From an uncultured Erysipelotrichaceae bacterium (GTDB lineage: Bacteria > Bacillota_I > Bacilli_A > RFN20 > CAG-826): a DNA stretch of 64,000 nucleotides. The notes below the pieces were generated by a model. The model did not search any database. It was not told where the DNA came from and was given only the letters and a program-made list of their open reading frames with translations. The translations under genes and the position numbers were made by a program. Location of the stretch: positions 12,245-76,244 of the forward strand of contig ONGB01000003.1 of the NCBI GenBank assembly GCA_900317295.1. The letters run 5' to 3'. Below, piece after piece: positions 1 through 10,059 of the stretch; the first letter of the stretch is position 1; every line of letters begins with the position of its first letter.

Positions 1-1
1 G

Positions 2-118
2 GACCTCATCTCCCATAGCCTCCAATTGGCCTACGCCAAAGTGAAAGAACTCTTCGGGGAAGAGGCCACCCAGGATTTGGAAGACGAAATCTTCTCCCGT
101 TTCTGCGTAGGGAAATAA
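2..118 (+). CDS. mnmE: tRNA modification GTPase MnmE, C-terminal fragment (runs off window start)
   Basis: Frame 2 reads DLISHSLQLAYAKVKELFGEEATQDLEDEIFSRFCVGK*, the conserved MnmE C-terminal FCVGK motif. Confidence 0.9.
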   Translation, partial: DLISHSLQLAYAKVKELFGEEATQDLEDEIFSRFCVGK

Positions 119-904
119 ATGAAATACTTCGATTCGCATTGCCATCTCAATGATTCCGCCTTTGATGGGGACGCCAAGGAGGCGTTTCTCCGCGCGAAAG
201 AGGCGGGGGTTTTGCCGATTATCATCATCGGTTGGGATTTAGAATCCTCCAAAAAGGCCATCGCCATGGCGGAGTCTTTTGGCGAAGGCGTTTATGCGGC
301 GATCGGATATCATCCCGAAAACCTTGAAGGGATCACCGAAGAGGGATTAAGGGAAATCGAAAAGCTCGCTCTTTCTTCCTCTAAGGTCGTCGCGATTGGC
401 GAAATCGGGCTGGATCACCATTGGTTCAAAGACCCCAAAGACCACGAAAACCAAAAAGTTTGGTTCGTTCGCCAAATCGAATTGGCCAACCGCGTGGGGT
501 TGCCCATCTCGATCCACGCCAGAGACGCGATGGGTGATATGCTGCAGATCCTAAAAGAACACCCCGTGGATAAAGGCGGGGTCCTTCATTGCTATTCCGG
601 CTCCGTCGAGACGATGAAAGAATTGCTTAAACTTGGCTTTTATTTCGGTTTCGATGGTCCGATCACTTATAAAAACGCGAAAGAGCCAAAGGCCTGCGTA
701 GCCGAATGCCCCACGGACCGCCTTTTGGTGGAAACCGACTGCCCGTACCTCTCCCCGGTTCCGCTACGTGGAACACGAAACGAGCCGCAAAACATCCCTC
801 ACATCGTAAAGGCCGTCGCGGAACTTAAGGAAACGTCGGAAGAAGCGGTGGCCGCCGCCTTAAAAGAGAATCTTTTTAGATTGTTCCACGTGAAACATGA
901 TTGA
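119..904 (+). CDS. tatD: TatD family deoxyribonuclease
   Basis: DSHCHL, IGEIGLD, HARDA, LHCYSG and ETDCPYL motifs; conserved tatD-rnmV-rsmA order. Confidence 0.95.
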   Translation: MKYFDSHCHLNDSAFDGDAKEAFLRAKEAGVLPIIIIGWDLESSKKAIAMAESFGEGVYAAIGYHPENLEGITEEGLREIEKLALSSSKVVAIGEIGLDHHWFKDPKDHENQKVWFVRQIELANRVGLPISIHARDAMGDMLQILKEHPVDKGGVLHCYSGSVETMKELLKLGFYFGFDGPITYKNAKEPKACVAECPTDRLLVETDCPYLSPVPLRGTRNEPQNIPHIVKAVAELKETSEEAVAAALKENLFRLFHVKHD

Positions 905-1436
905 ACAAAAGTACCCTGATATTATCGTGGTGGAAGGAGCCACAGACGAAGCGCTTCTACGCACGTTTTTAGATGCGGATATCGTTACGACGAACGGCTC
1001 AGATGTTCCACATGAAACCCTTGAATTCTTGAAGGAAGCCAGCAAGGTACGCGGGATCGTCGTCTTAACCGACCCCGATTCCCCCGGGAAAAGGATCCGC
1101 GACCGCATCGCCGAGGAAATCCCCGAGGTCAAACACGCTTTCGTTAGAAAAGAGAAGTCCATCAAACACGGCAAAGTGGGGGTCGCCGAATCTTCTAAAG
1201 AAGAGGTTCTTGAGGCCTTATCCCATGTCATTCCCTCGACTAAGGCGGCAAAAGGGGAATTGACCCATGCCGATTTGGTGGATCTTGGGTTGCTTGGGGA
1301 TGACGGGGCACAAAAGAGGAGAGAAGCGATAGAAAACAAGCTTCATCTAGGCCACGGCAACGCGAAGACCTTCCTTAAACGCGCGAATGCGTTAGGATTA
1401 AATAAAGAAAAGGTTTTGGAGGCAATGAAGGAATGA
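897..1436 (+). CDS. rnmV: Ribonuclease M5 (Toprim domain)
   Basis: IIVVEG..D and LTDPDSPGKRIR motifs, GVAE, C-terminal LGHGNAKTFLKR; synteny. Confidence 0.92.
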   Translation: MIEQKYPDIIVVEGATDEALLRTFLDADIVTTNGSDVPHETLEFLKEASKVRGIVVLTDPDSPGKRIRDRIAEEIPEVKHAFVRKEKSIKHGKVGVAESSKEEVLEALSHVIPSTKAAKGELTHADLVDLGLLGDDGAQKRREAIENKLHLGHGNAKTFLKRANALGLNKEKVLEAMKE

Positions 1437-2242
1437 AATCCGAAAGCCGTTTTTTTGAAGAAGTTGCCTCGCTAGAAAAACTCGCCAAGAAAGAAGTCGG
1501 GCAGAATTTCCTCATCGACCCCGAGGTGTGCCGCCGCATCGCCGGCCTTTTGGATTGCCAAGAAGGCGAAAAGGGCTTGGAAGTCGGCTTCGGGGCCGGA
1601 TCGCTTTCCTATTTCCTCGCGCAAACCAAAGGCGATTTCGACCTGATCGATATCGATGAGGCGATGCTTGCCCGCGCCGAAGAGGAATTCGAAGGGGCCG
1701 CCAACCTTCATCCCCAATATGGCAACGCCGCCAAATGGGATTATTCCCCTTATGACAAAATCGTGGGGAATCTGCCTTATTACATCACTTCATTGCTTTT
1801 GGAAAAGGCGTTCTTAGGCTCGGAAAAAGCCAAAAAGGCCGTCTTCATGGTCCAAAAGGAATTCGCCGCGCGCATTTTTTCCAAACCCGGGACCAAAGAC
1901 TATGGCCCTTTGACGGTCTTGATGAACATCCGCGGGACCGCGAAAAGGGAATTCCACGTCCCAAGAAGCGCCTTCGCCCCCGCGCCGCACGTCGATTCGG
2001 TCGTCTTTTCGGTCGAATTCGAAAAAGGCCAGGACCTACCCCGCATTTACGAAATCTACCGCTTCGTGAATTCGCTTTTCCTCAACCGCAGGAAAACGAT
2101 CCTTAATAACCTGAAATCGATGGTCCGCGACGGCGAAAAAGCCAAGACCATCCTAAAAGAAGCCGACATTTTGCCCTCCGCCAGGCCAGAAGAGCTCACC
2201 CCGGAGGATTATTGTTCCCTTTACGCCCTATGCAAGGATTAG
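1433..2242 (+). CDS. rsmA: 16S rRNA adenine dimethyltransferase RsmA/KsgA
   Basis: GQNFLID, EVGFGAG, GNLPYYIT, MVQKE and PAPHVDS motifs. Confidence 0.95.
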   Translation: MKSESRFFEEVASLEKLAKKEVGQNFLIDPEVCRRIAGLLDCQEGEKGLEVGFGAGSLSYFLAQTKGDFDLIDIDEAMLARAEEEFEGAANLHPQYGNAAKWDYSPYDKIVGNLPYYITSLLLEKAFLGSEKAKKAVFMVQKEFAARIFSKPGTKDYGPLTVLMNIRGTAKREFHVPRSAFAPAPHVDSVVFSVEFEKGQDLPRIYEIYRFVNSLFLNRRKTILNNLKSMVRDGEKAKTILKEADILPSARPEELTPEDYCSLYALCKD

Positions 2243-2259
2243 AATAAAGCCGCTCCACC

Positions 2260-3099
2260 ATGAACGTTAAAAGTTGCGCGAAGATCAACCTCGCCTTACA
2301 GATCACCGGGAAACGGGAAGATGGCTACCACACCCTCCGGATGATCAACCTCCCCTTGGACCTCCACGACGTGATCGAAATCACCCCGCTTTCGGGAACG
2401 GATTCCTATATCACCTGCGATGATATCCGCCTGATGGGCCTAAGGGCCAATCTTTGCACGCGCGCTTTGCAGGCGCTCCGCGACCGCTGCGGATTCAAGG
2501 AGAATTTCCGCATCCACATCCATAAGGAAATCCCTTTCGCCGCCGGGTTAGGCGGAGGGTCGAGCAACGCCGCCGCGGTTTTGCTCGCACTCAATTCGAT
2601 GCTCAAGCTGAAACTCAGCAAAGAAGAGCTCGCCGAAATCGGTTTGACCCTAGGGTCTGACGTGCCCTTCTTCCTCGACCCCAAACCGAGCGTTTTGGAA
2701 GGAATCGGAGAAAAAATCACCCCGATTTCCGTCAAAAAGAAATACATCTGCCTCCTCGTGAAGCCCGATGAGGGCCTATCGACGAAAGACGTCTACGCCG
2801 CCTGCGACAACGCTCCGCGGGAAAAGATTAATATCGACGCGGTGATTCAAGCCCTCGCCGACGGGGATGACAAAGCCATCGCGATGAACCGCGGGAACGA
2901 CCTCTATCCCCCCGCGAAGGAATTGCTCCCCTTGATCGGGAGACTCGCCGAAGAGCTGGCCTTCGCCTTCCCGATCTCCGGGATGACGGGGTCGGGGTCT
3001 TGCCTCTTCGCCCTCACCACCGACCTCAAAAAGGCGAAAGAGGCGGAAAAACATTATGAAAAAGCCGGATACATCACCCGGTTGACCCATGTTCTATAA
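2260..3099 (+). CDS. ispE: 4-diphosphocytidyl-2-C-methyl-D-erythritol kinase
   Basis: AKINLAL, DGYH, KEIPFAAGLGGGSSNAA, GSDVPFF and MTGSGS motifs. Confidence 0.95.
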   Translation: MNVKSCAKINLALQITGKREDGYHTLRMINLPLDLHDVIEITPLSGTDSYITCDDIRLMGLRANLCTRALQALRDRCGFKENFRIHIHKEIPFAAGLGGGSSNAAAVLLALNSMLKLKLSKEELAEIGLTLGSDVPFFLDPKPSVLEGIGEKITPISVKKKYICLLVKPDEGLSTKDVYAACDNAPREKINIDAVIQALADGDDKAIAMNRGNDLYPPAKELLPLIGRLAEELAFAFPISGMTGSGSCLFALTTDLKKAKEAEKHYEKAGYITRLTHVL

Positions 3100-3110
3100 G
3101 GAGGAAATCT

Positions 3111-4085
3111 ATGGGACGCTATGCCGTAATTCTCGCCGCGGGCAAAGGAACCCGCATGAAAAGCAAAAGGGATGACATTTCCAAGGTCTCTTTCCCGGTT
3201 TTGGGAAGGCCGATGGTCCGCTATGTGCTCGAAGCCCTCAAACCGCTAGGTTTAGAAAAGATCGTCACCGTCGTCGGCTTCGGCGGCGAAATGACCAAAA
3301 GCCTCGTCGAGGATTCTTCGGAAGTCGTTTGGCAAAAAGAACAGAAAGGCACCGGCCACGCCGTGATGATGGCCGCCCCAAACCTCGAGATGGAAGACGG
3401 GGAAACGATCATCTGCTGCGGCGACACCCCGTTATTGACCGATAAGACCCTGGAAGCCCTCTTCAATTCCCACGAAGCCAATCACAACGACCTCACCATC
3501 CTCACCGCGGAAGTCGATAACCCCTATGGTTATGGTCGCATCGTGAAGAAAGACGGCAACGTCCTCCGCATCGTCGAGCAGAAGGACTGCTCCCCCGATG
3601 AGGCGGCGATTCACGAGATCAACGCGGGGGTCTACATCTTCGATAACAAAGAGCTCTTCCGCGACTTGAAGGAACTCAAGCCCAACAACGCCCAAGGCGA
3701 ATACTATCTCACCGATGTCATCGCGATGTTCGTCTCCGCGGGGAAGCGCGTGAAAACCTTCTCCGTCGCCGATGTCAACGAGACGATGGGGGTCAATGAC
3801 CGCTACCAGCTTTCCAAGGCCGCGAAGATCATTCGCGCCCGCATCAACAAGAAATGGATGCTCTCCGGCGTCTCCATCGAAGACCCCGACACCACCTATA
3901 TCGGCCCGGATGCCGAAATCGGGCAAGACACCACGATCCGCCCCAATAGCCACATCCTTGGCCACGCGAAAGTGGGGCAGGGCTGCGTCATCGGGCCCGA
4001 CGCCTATGTCGAAGACGTCGAGATCGAAGACGGGGAAGTCATCGAATTCGGCTATATCCGTCCCGAAGACGAAGACGAGGATTAA
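3111..4085 (+). CDS. glmU: GlmU-like GlcNAc-1-P uridyltransferase, C-terminally shortened
   Basis: LAAGKGTRMKS, GTGHAV, GDTPL, EINAG, NNAQGEYYLTD and GVNDR motifs; only a few hexapeptide repeats before the stop at 324 aa. Confidence 0.85.
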   Translation: MGRYAVILAAGKGTRMKSKRDDISKVSFPVLGRPMVRYVLEALKPLGLEKIVTVVGFGGEMTKSLVEDSSEVVWQKEQKGTGHAVMMAAPNLEMEDGETIICCGDTPLLTDKTLEALFNSHEANHNDLTILTAEVDNPYGYGRIVKKDGNVLRIVEQKDCSPDEAAIHEINAGVYIFDNKELFRDLKELKPNNAQGEYYLTDVIAMFVSAGKRVKTFSVADVNETMGVNDRYQLSKAAKIIRARINKKWMLSGVSIEDPDTTYIGPDAEIGQDTTIRPNSHILGHAKVGQGCVIGPDAYVEDVEIEDGEVIEFGYIRPEDEDED

Positions 4086-4103
4086 ACCCAAAACAAACGA
4101 AAG

Positions 4104-4127
4104 GCCTAGGAAAACCTAGGCTTTTTT
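4104..4127 (+). terminator. Intrinsic terminator after glmU
   Basis: GCCTAGG-AAAA-CCTAGGC followed by TTTTTT. Confidence 0.75.
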
Positions 4128-4186
4128 CGTGTGAAGAGCAAAAGAAAACGCGCCCAGAAGAACTGGACGCGTTTCCGAGAAACGGC

Positions 4187-6841
4187 TTATTTCGCTTCCT
4201 TCTCGTGGAGGATGCTCGCTTGGGCCGCGGCAAGGCGGGCAAGCGGGACGCGGAAGGGCGAGCAAGAGACGTAGTCGAGACCGACTTCATCATAGAACAT
4301 GATGGAGGCGGGGTCGCCACCGGTCTCGCCGCAGACACCGATGAGGAGGTCCGGGCGGGCGGCGCGGCCGCGCTCGACAGCGATGCGAACGAGTTCGCCG
4401 ACGCCATCGACGTCGATGGTCTGGAACGGATCGAATTCGTAGATCTTCGCGTTGTAGTAGTACGGCAAGAACTGGCCGGAGTCATCACGGGAGAAGCCCA
4501 TGGTGAGCTGGGTGAGGTCGTTGGTGCCGAAGCTGAAGAACTCAGCGTCTTTGGCCAACTTGCCAGCCTGGAGGGCGCCTCTCGGGACCTCGATCATCGT
4601 ACCGACGTGGTAGACGAGCTTCTTGCCCTGCTTCTTGAGTTCGTCTTCGACGGTGTCGACGACGACCTTCTTAGCGAAGAGGTATTCTTTGCTCTCGCCG
4701 GCGAGCGGGATCATGATCTCGGGTTCGACGTCATGGCCGAGCTCTTTGGATGCCTTGATGGCGGCCTGGATGATGGCGCGGGCCAACATCGCATAGATTT
4801 CCGGATAAGCAACGCAGAGGCGGACGCCACGGAAGCCCATCATCGGGTTGGCCTGCTGGAGCTGGCCGATGCGATCGATGACCTTCTGTTCGGGGACGCC
4901 GAGCTTCGAGGCGAGGGCCTTGATGTTCTCTTTGTCGCCGATTTCCGGGAGGAATTCGTGTAGAGGCGGGTCGAGGAGGCGGATGTTAACCATCGAATCC
5001 GGGTTGGCGATGTACATATCGTAGAAGTCGCCAGCGAGGAACGGACGGATGCGCTCCAAGGCAGCTTCGCGCTGTTCGGTGGTATCAGAGAGAATCATCG
5101 AACGCATATTGAGGATGCGATCCTCGGCGAAGAACATACGCTCAGTGCGGCAGAGGCCGATGCCTTCGGCGCCGAAGCGGCGGGCATTGTGGGCATCTTC
5201 CGGCGTGTTGCAGTTCGCGCGGACTTTGAGACGGCGATACTTGTCGGCCCAATCCATAAGACGGCCGAAGTCACCACCCAAGTCGGCGGGGACCATCTTG
5301 ATTTCGCCTTCGTAGACGAGACCGGTGGAGCCGTTGACGGAGAGGACATCGCCTTCGTGGAAGACGCGATCGCCGACCTTGACGGTCTTGGCTTCTTCGT
5401 TAACGACGATTTCGGTGGCGCCGGCGACGCAGCACTTACCCATGGAGCGGGCGACGACGGCGGCGTGGGAAGTCATACCGCCGCGAGCGGTGAGAATGGC
5501 TTCGGAGTTGACCATGCCGATGATGTCCTCAGGAGAGGTTTCGGCGCGGACCAAGACGACTTTCTTGCCGGCATCATGCCAGGCTTTGCATTCTTCGGCG
5601 GTGAAGACGATCTGACCGGTGCCAGCGCCCGGGGAGGCGGGGAGACCGTGGATAACAGGTTCGTGCTTCTTGAGATCGGCGTCGTCGAAGGTCGGGTGGA
5701 GCAGGTCGTTGAGCTGCTTCGGCTCGACGCGGCAGACGGCGGTCTTTTCGTCGATGAGGCCTTCATCAACGAGGTCGCAGGCGATCTTCAAAGCGGCGCG
5801 AGCGGTGCGCTTGCCGTTGCGGGCCTGCAAGAAGTAGAGGGTGCCGCGTTCGATGGTGTATTCCATATCCTGCATATCGTGGAAATAGTTTTCCATGCGG
5901 GTGATGGTGGCCATGAACTCTTTGTAGACCTCGGGCATGCGGCGCGCGAGCTCATCGATGTGCAGCGGGGTGCGGACGCCAGCGACGACGTCTTCGCCCT
6001 GCGCGTTGGGAAGGAATTCGGCGTAGATCTTCTTTTCGCCGGTCGAGGGCGAGCGGGAGAAGGCGACGCCAGTGCCGGAATCTTCGCCCATGTTGCCGAA
6101 GACCATCGACTGGACGTTGACGGCGGTGCCCCATTCGTAGGGGATGCCGTTCATTTGACGATAGACGTTGGCGCGGGGGTTGTCCCAGCTGCGGAAGACG
6201 GCCGCGACGGCCTCTTTGAGCTGAACATACGGATCCTGCGGGAATTCCTCGCCAAAGACCTTCTTGTAGTATTCCTTGTAGGCTTTGACGAGCTCTTTGA
6301 GCTCTTCGGTCTTGACTTCGGTGTCAAGCTTGTAGCCCTTCTTTTCCTTGAGTTCGTCGAGCATCTTGTCCATCTCGGTGCGCGGATGGCCTTTGGCGAT
6401 GTTCGTGAACATCAAGCAGAAGCGGCGATAGGAGTCCCAAGCGAACCTCTCATTGCCGGAAGCTTCGGCGAGTTCCAAGACGGTCTTGTCGTTGGTGCCG
6501 AGGTTGAGGATGGTGTCCATCATGCCCGGCATGGACGTGCGGGCGCCGGAACGGACGGAGACGAGCAAGGGCATGCCGCTGCCGCCGCCGAATTTCTTGC
6601 CATTCAGTTTTTCGATTTCGTGGACGTGGGCCACGATGTCCTCCCAAACGAAATCGGGGATGGCTTTCCCGGATTCGTAGTAGAGCGTGCAGGCTTCAGT
6701 GGAGATGGTGAAACCGGCGGGGATGTTAACCCCGGCGGCGGTCATCTCGGCCAGACCGAAGCCCTTTCCGCCAAGGATTTCCTTGCCGAGTTTGAGCTCG
6801 TGGGCTTCCTTGAAGGAGTAGACGTACTTCTTATCTGCCAT
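4187..6841 (-). CDS. ppdK: Pyruvate, phosphate dikinase
   Basis: LGGKG, VSVRSGAR.SMPGMMDT, GEDVVAG, GGMTSHAAVVAR (phospho-His) and SFGTNDLTQ motifs. Confidence 0.98.
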   Translation of the reverse strand: MADKKYVYSFKEAHELKLGKEILGGKGFGLAEMTAAGVNIPAGFTISTEACTLYYESGKAIPDFVWEDIVAHVHEIEKLNGKKFGGGSGMPLLVSVRSGARTSMPGMMDTILNLGTNDKTVLELAEASGNERFAWDSYRRFCLMFTNIAKGHPRTEMDKMLDELKEKKGYKLDTEVKTEELKELVKAYKEYYKKVFGEEFPQDPYVQLKEAVAAVFRSWDNPRANVYRQMNGIPYEWGTAVNVQSMVFGNMGEDSGTGVAFSRSPSTGEKKIYAEFLPNAQGEDVVAGVRTPLHIDELARRMPEVYKEFMATITRMENYFHDMQDMEYTIERGTLYFLQARNGKRTARAALKIACDLVDEGLIDEKTAVCRVEPKQLNDLLHPTFDDADLKKHEPVIHGLPASPGAGTGQIVFTAEECKAWHDAGKKVVLVRAETSPEDIIGMVNSEAILTARGGMTSHAAVVARSMGKCCVAGATEIVVNEEAKTVKVGDRVFHEGDVLSVNGSTGLVYEGEIKMVPADLGGDFGRLMDWADKYRRLKVRANCNTPEDAHNARRFGAEGIGLCRTERMFFAEDRILNMRSMILSDTTEQREAALERIRPFLAGDFYDMYIANPDSMVNIRLLDPPLHEFLPEIGDKENIKALASKLGVPEQKVIDRIGQLQQANPMMGFRGVRLCVAYPEIYAMLARAIIQAAIKASKELGHDVEPEIMIPLAGESKEYLFAKKVVVDTVEDELKKQGKKLVYHVGTMIEVPRGALQAGKLAKDAEFFSFGTNDLTQLTMGFSRDDSGQFLPYYYNAKIYEFDPFQTIDVDGVGELVRIAVERGRAARPDLLIGVCGETGGDPASIMFYDEVGLDYVSCSPFRVPLARLAAAQASILHEKEAK

Positions 6842-6967
6842 TTTTTCCTCCTAATGACATATGTGGGGCATTACCCCGACGTCGATAATGATAACACAGC
6901 CACCCTTGTTCTTAGAACAAGAAAGAGAAAAAAGAAGTGAAAAGGGATTATTGGTAAGGCAAAAGCC

Positions 6968-8251
6968 TTATTTAAGGATGTATTCGACGGCTTCTAGCGT
7001 GGTGGAGAAGGTGGCTTCAGGCACGGCGTCCGCGCACTTTTTCGCTGGACGGGGATCCCCGCAGGTGACGAGGAGGGGGTGCGCCCCGGCGTTGATCCCG
7101 GTTTGCACGTCTTGGAGGGTATCGCCGATGAAATACGATTTCGTTAGGTCGATGTTGAAGGCGGCTTTGGCCTTTTCTAGCATCCCGGTCTTCGGCTTTC
7201 GGCAGGAACAGGAAATCAAATAAGCATCATCGCCCTTCCCGTGGAAATGTTCTTTCGGGAAATGCGGACAGACATACAAAGCGTCCAAATACGCGCCTTC
7301 CGCCCCGAGCAACTTGCCCATATAGGCATGAATATCGTTGACCTGGGCTAGACTCGCTTCCCCGCGGGCAACGAGGGGTTGGTTGGTGGCACAGATGCAA
7401 AGATAGGGGGATTCATTGATTTTCTTAACGGCTTCCGAGGCGAAAGGGAGCAGGGTCAGCATCTCTGGGCGGACGACATAGTCGCCGAAAACATTGATGG
7501 TCCCATCGCGATCCAAAAAGATGGCCCGTTGAGGGTTCTTGAGGTTGCGGGCCTCCATGCGGCCGGAAAGATAGTCTTTTTCCGCGGGGATTAGGCCCTC
7601 GTCATCCAAACGATGGACGATTTCTGGGGAAGAGTAGTAGCAGGCGAGGCCCGATTCGACGGTCGGGAGCAACACCCCGTCATGGAACGGGAAGGCCTCT
7701 TCTTCCTCAGGGTCGAAGGTTTCGGATAGGTCAGAAGACACGAAGCATAGATCAAGTGGCACGAGGTTTTGATAATTAAAGTCCGCGCGCCCATCCGCGC
7801 CTTTGGGCATGATGGCGGAGACGTGTTTCCCATCCGGGGAGAGCGCGATGTCTTCCGCTTCCGGATAAGGCTTTGGCTGTGCGAAAAGCGTTAAGAAGCC
7901 ATCGCCTTTGTTATGAGCTTTATAGAAGCGCGAAAAATCAAGGCACGGGAGCAGGTTGCCCGGGACGAACAAAAACCCTCCCAAAGATGCGGCGACTTTG
8001 GCGAGGGAGCCTCCACCTCCTAGGGGCTTCTTGAGATAGACGTATCTGATTTGCTTTCCTTCGGGAAACGAACTCTTATCCGCCCCTTTTGGAAGCAAAA
8101 CGACAATCTCGTCTGCCCCACCATACAAAAGCAGAGAGATTTGGGCCTCCAAAAGCGTTTTCCCTGCGAAAGAAGCGAGGGCGGAGGTTTGCCCATAACC
8201 CGGGGTTTTAAAATCGGGAGAATAGGCAGCGTGATCTAGAAGGATTTTCAT
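6968..8251 (-). CDS. Degenerate sugar-nucleotidyltransferase-like domain fused to a GmhB/HAD-IIIA phosphatase
   Basis: C-terminal half has FLDRDGTIN, TNQP, CPH, C.CRKPKTGM and IGDT..DV; N-terminal half resembles an NTP-transferase fold without the GxGTR motif. Confidence 0.7.
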   Translation of the reverse strand: MKILLDHAAYSPDFKTPGYGQTSALASFAGKTLLEAQISLLLYGGADEIVVLLPKGADKSSFPEGKQIRYVYLKKPLGGGGSLAKVAASLGGFLFVPGNLLPCLDFSRFYKAHNKGDGFLTLFAQPKPYPEAEDIALSPDGKHVSAIMPKGADGRADFNYQNLVPLDLCFVSSDLSETFDPEEEEAFPFHDGVLLPTVESGLACYYSSPEIVHRLDDEGLIPAEKDYLSGRMEARNLKNPQRAIFLDRDGTINVFGDYVVRPEMLTLLPFASEAVKKINESPYLCICATNQPLVARGEASLAQVNDIHAYMGKLLGAEGAYLDALYVCPHFPKEHFHGKGDDAYLISCSCRKPKTGMLEKAKAAFNIDLTKSYFIGDTLQDVQTGINAGAHPLLVTCGDPRPAKKCADAVPEATFSTTLEAVEYILK

Positions 8252-8335
8252 ATTATGACTCGCCTATTATCCCAAAAAGAGCGGGGCCATTCATCTGTTT
8301 TCAAAAGAAAGGCCCGCTTTTTCGCGGGCCGTTCG

Positions 8336-8920
8336 TTATTTCTTCGTGAAGAGTTGTTCTAGAGAATCCGATGCGATGACGAGACCGTTTTTCTCGATGG
8401 CCGCCATGGCGGAGCAATAGAAGATCGCGGCGAGGATCAGCGCCAACTGATGGGGATCGCCATCGACGAACACGCCCTTTTTCTGCGATTCGATGATCGC
8501 GGATTCATAGGTGAGAATCGGATCGAAGCGGACGCGGATATCCGTATTTGCGCGGTCGATGGTGCGGGCTTCGCGGGCACGGATGACGACTTGGATAATC
8601 AACATCGTGCGCTGATCGGCGGTCTCAATGTCTTTGATTATCTTGCCAAAAGCCTTGGGGAAATTCTCGGCGACGGCCGCTTTGTCTTGGGCGAAAAGGG
8701 CCAGCGGAAGGATGATTTCGTTATACAAAGCGCGGAACACGTCTTCTTTAGAATCAAAATAATGATAGAAAAGACCATGGGAGCATCGGGCTTGGTTGGT
8801 AATGGAGTCGACAGAGACCTCGTCATAGCCAAGGCGGGCAAAGACCTTAATGGCGGCTTCCAAAAGCTTACCGCGGCGGCGGTCTTTGATCGCTTGGTTT
8901 TGCGCGGGGGTGCGAGGCAT
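8336..8920 (-). CDS. TetR/AcrR family transcriptional regulator
   Basis: N-terminal HTH (AAIKVFARLGY..SVDSI...GLFYHYFDSKE); start moved to MPRT with AGGAG upstream. Confidence 0.88.
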   Translation of the reverse strand: MPRTPAQNQAIKDRRRGKLLEAAIKVFARLGYDEVSVDSITNQARCSHGLFYHYFDSKEDVFRALYNEIILPLALFAQDKAAVAENFPKAFGKIIKDIETADQRTMLIIQVVIRAREARTIDRANTDIRVRFDPILTYESAIIESQKKGVFVDGDPHQLALILAAIFYCSAMAAIEKNGLVIASDSLEQLFTKK

Positions 8921-9020
8921 AGAAAATACTCCTATTTCTTGTGTACCATTATTGTTTCTTCTAGACCTTTTTTCGTCAATAGAAAAGCGCCGGGAAATTA
9001 TTTTTACGCGTGCTAACGGC

Positions 9021-9995
9021 TTATTTGATTTCGGATATAAGAGCGCGTTTTTCCGCCTTTTTGATAGCAAAAAATGTCAAAGCGGCCACGCCGAGGAAAA
9101 GAACGACACCGGCGACGAACTGCCACCATTGGTTGGTGTGGGGGTTAACGTAAACGCCATGCATGTCGTTGTTTACGAACATGGATATGACCGAGCCTAG
9201 GACGAAGCCCAGGACGACCCCGAAAGTCCCTCTTCTGTGGTTCTCGAGAAGGGATTTCATCGCTTTTGAAACGGCGATCAAACCCACGAAGATCCCGATG
9301 AGCAAAACAAGGATAATCAATAGCCCGCCACCCAATTTCGATTTGTCGTGGAAGATCGATTCGTTGACGATATTTCCTTCCACATCATATTGGTTCATAA
9401 ATAGGTTAACGACAGGGTTATATAAACCAAAAATAAAGAGAACCATTGAGCCAGAAATACCCGGAATCAAGCAGGCGACCGCCGCTAAGAAACCAACGAA
9501 AAGCACAACGAAGAAGATCCACCAAGACTGGAACGGGGCATTAAACGCGGCCTGGAAATCCAAATTGGTGTTTATAATCCCCGCGGCGGAAAGGAAGGAA
9601 AGAACGCCAATCGAAGCAGCCAGCAAAAACCCTATCAAAATCCTTCCAAAGTCCGCAAAACCCAACTTTTCTCCACGCAATTCTTTTGTGATCACAGGCA
9701 ACCCGCCCGCTACAAAACCAGCTAAAGCGCCAATCACGATGAAAGGGAAATAGACATAGGCCAGTTTTTTCCAAAAGATGAGCAAGGCCACCGCAGAGAC
9801 GATGCAACCCAAAGCGATGGGAAGCAACGCCAAAAACGACCGTTTGAAATCCTTCCTCAAAGAGCTGATAGCTTCAATGAGTCGATCATATACATTGACG
9901 ATAATTCCAACCGTCCCGACGGAGACGCCCGGGAGGATTCCGGTGCCCAATGCGGCGCCACGGCCAAATTCCAAAAACCAGTCTTTCGCTTTCAT
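9021..9995 (-). CDS. DUF368 family membrane protein (putative undecaprenyl-phosphate translocase)
   Basis: Duplicated PGVSVGT / PGISGS motifs, multiple TM helices. Confidence 0.85.
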   Translation of the reverse strand: MKAKDWFLEFGRGAALGTGILPGVSVGTVGIIVNVYDRLIEAISSLRKDFKRSFLALLPIALGCIVSAVALLIFWKKLAYVYFPFIVIGALAGFVAGGLPVITKELRGEKLGFADFGRILIGFLLAASIGVLSFLSAAGIINTNLDFQAAFNAPFQSWWIFFVVLFVGFLAAVACLIPGISGSMVLFIFGLYNPVVNLFMNQYDVEGNIVNESIFHDKSKLGGGLLIILVLLIGIFVGLIAVSKAMKSLLENHRRGTFGVVLGFVLGSVISMFVNNDMHGVYVNPHTNQWWQFVAGVVLFLGVAALTFFAIKKAEKRALISEIK

Positions 9996-10059
9996 TCGCG
10001 GATTAGTATATGCGTTTGCAATCCAATTGCGAAGGACGATGTGATACGATTATTTCGCT

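Noticed and set aside
4205-6940. Long antisense ORFs opposite ppdK (also opposite ftsH 16419-18266, nrdD 59848-61683 and the ABC genes)
   Set aside because: Shadow ORFs produced by strong codon bias in the sense genes; no independent motifs
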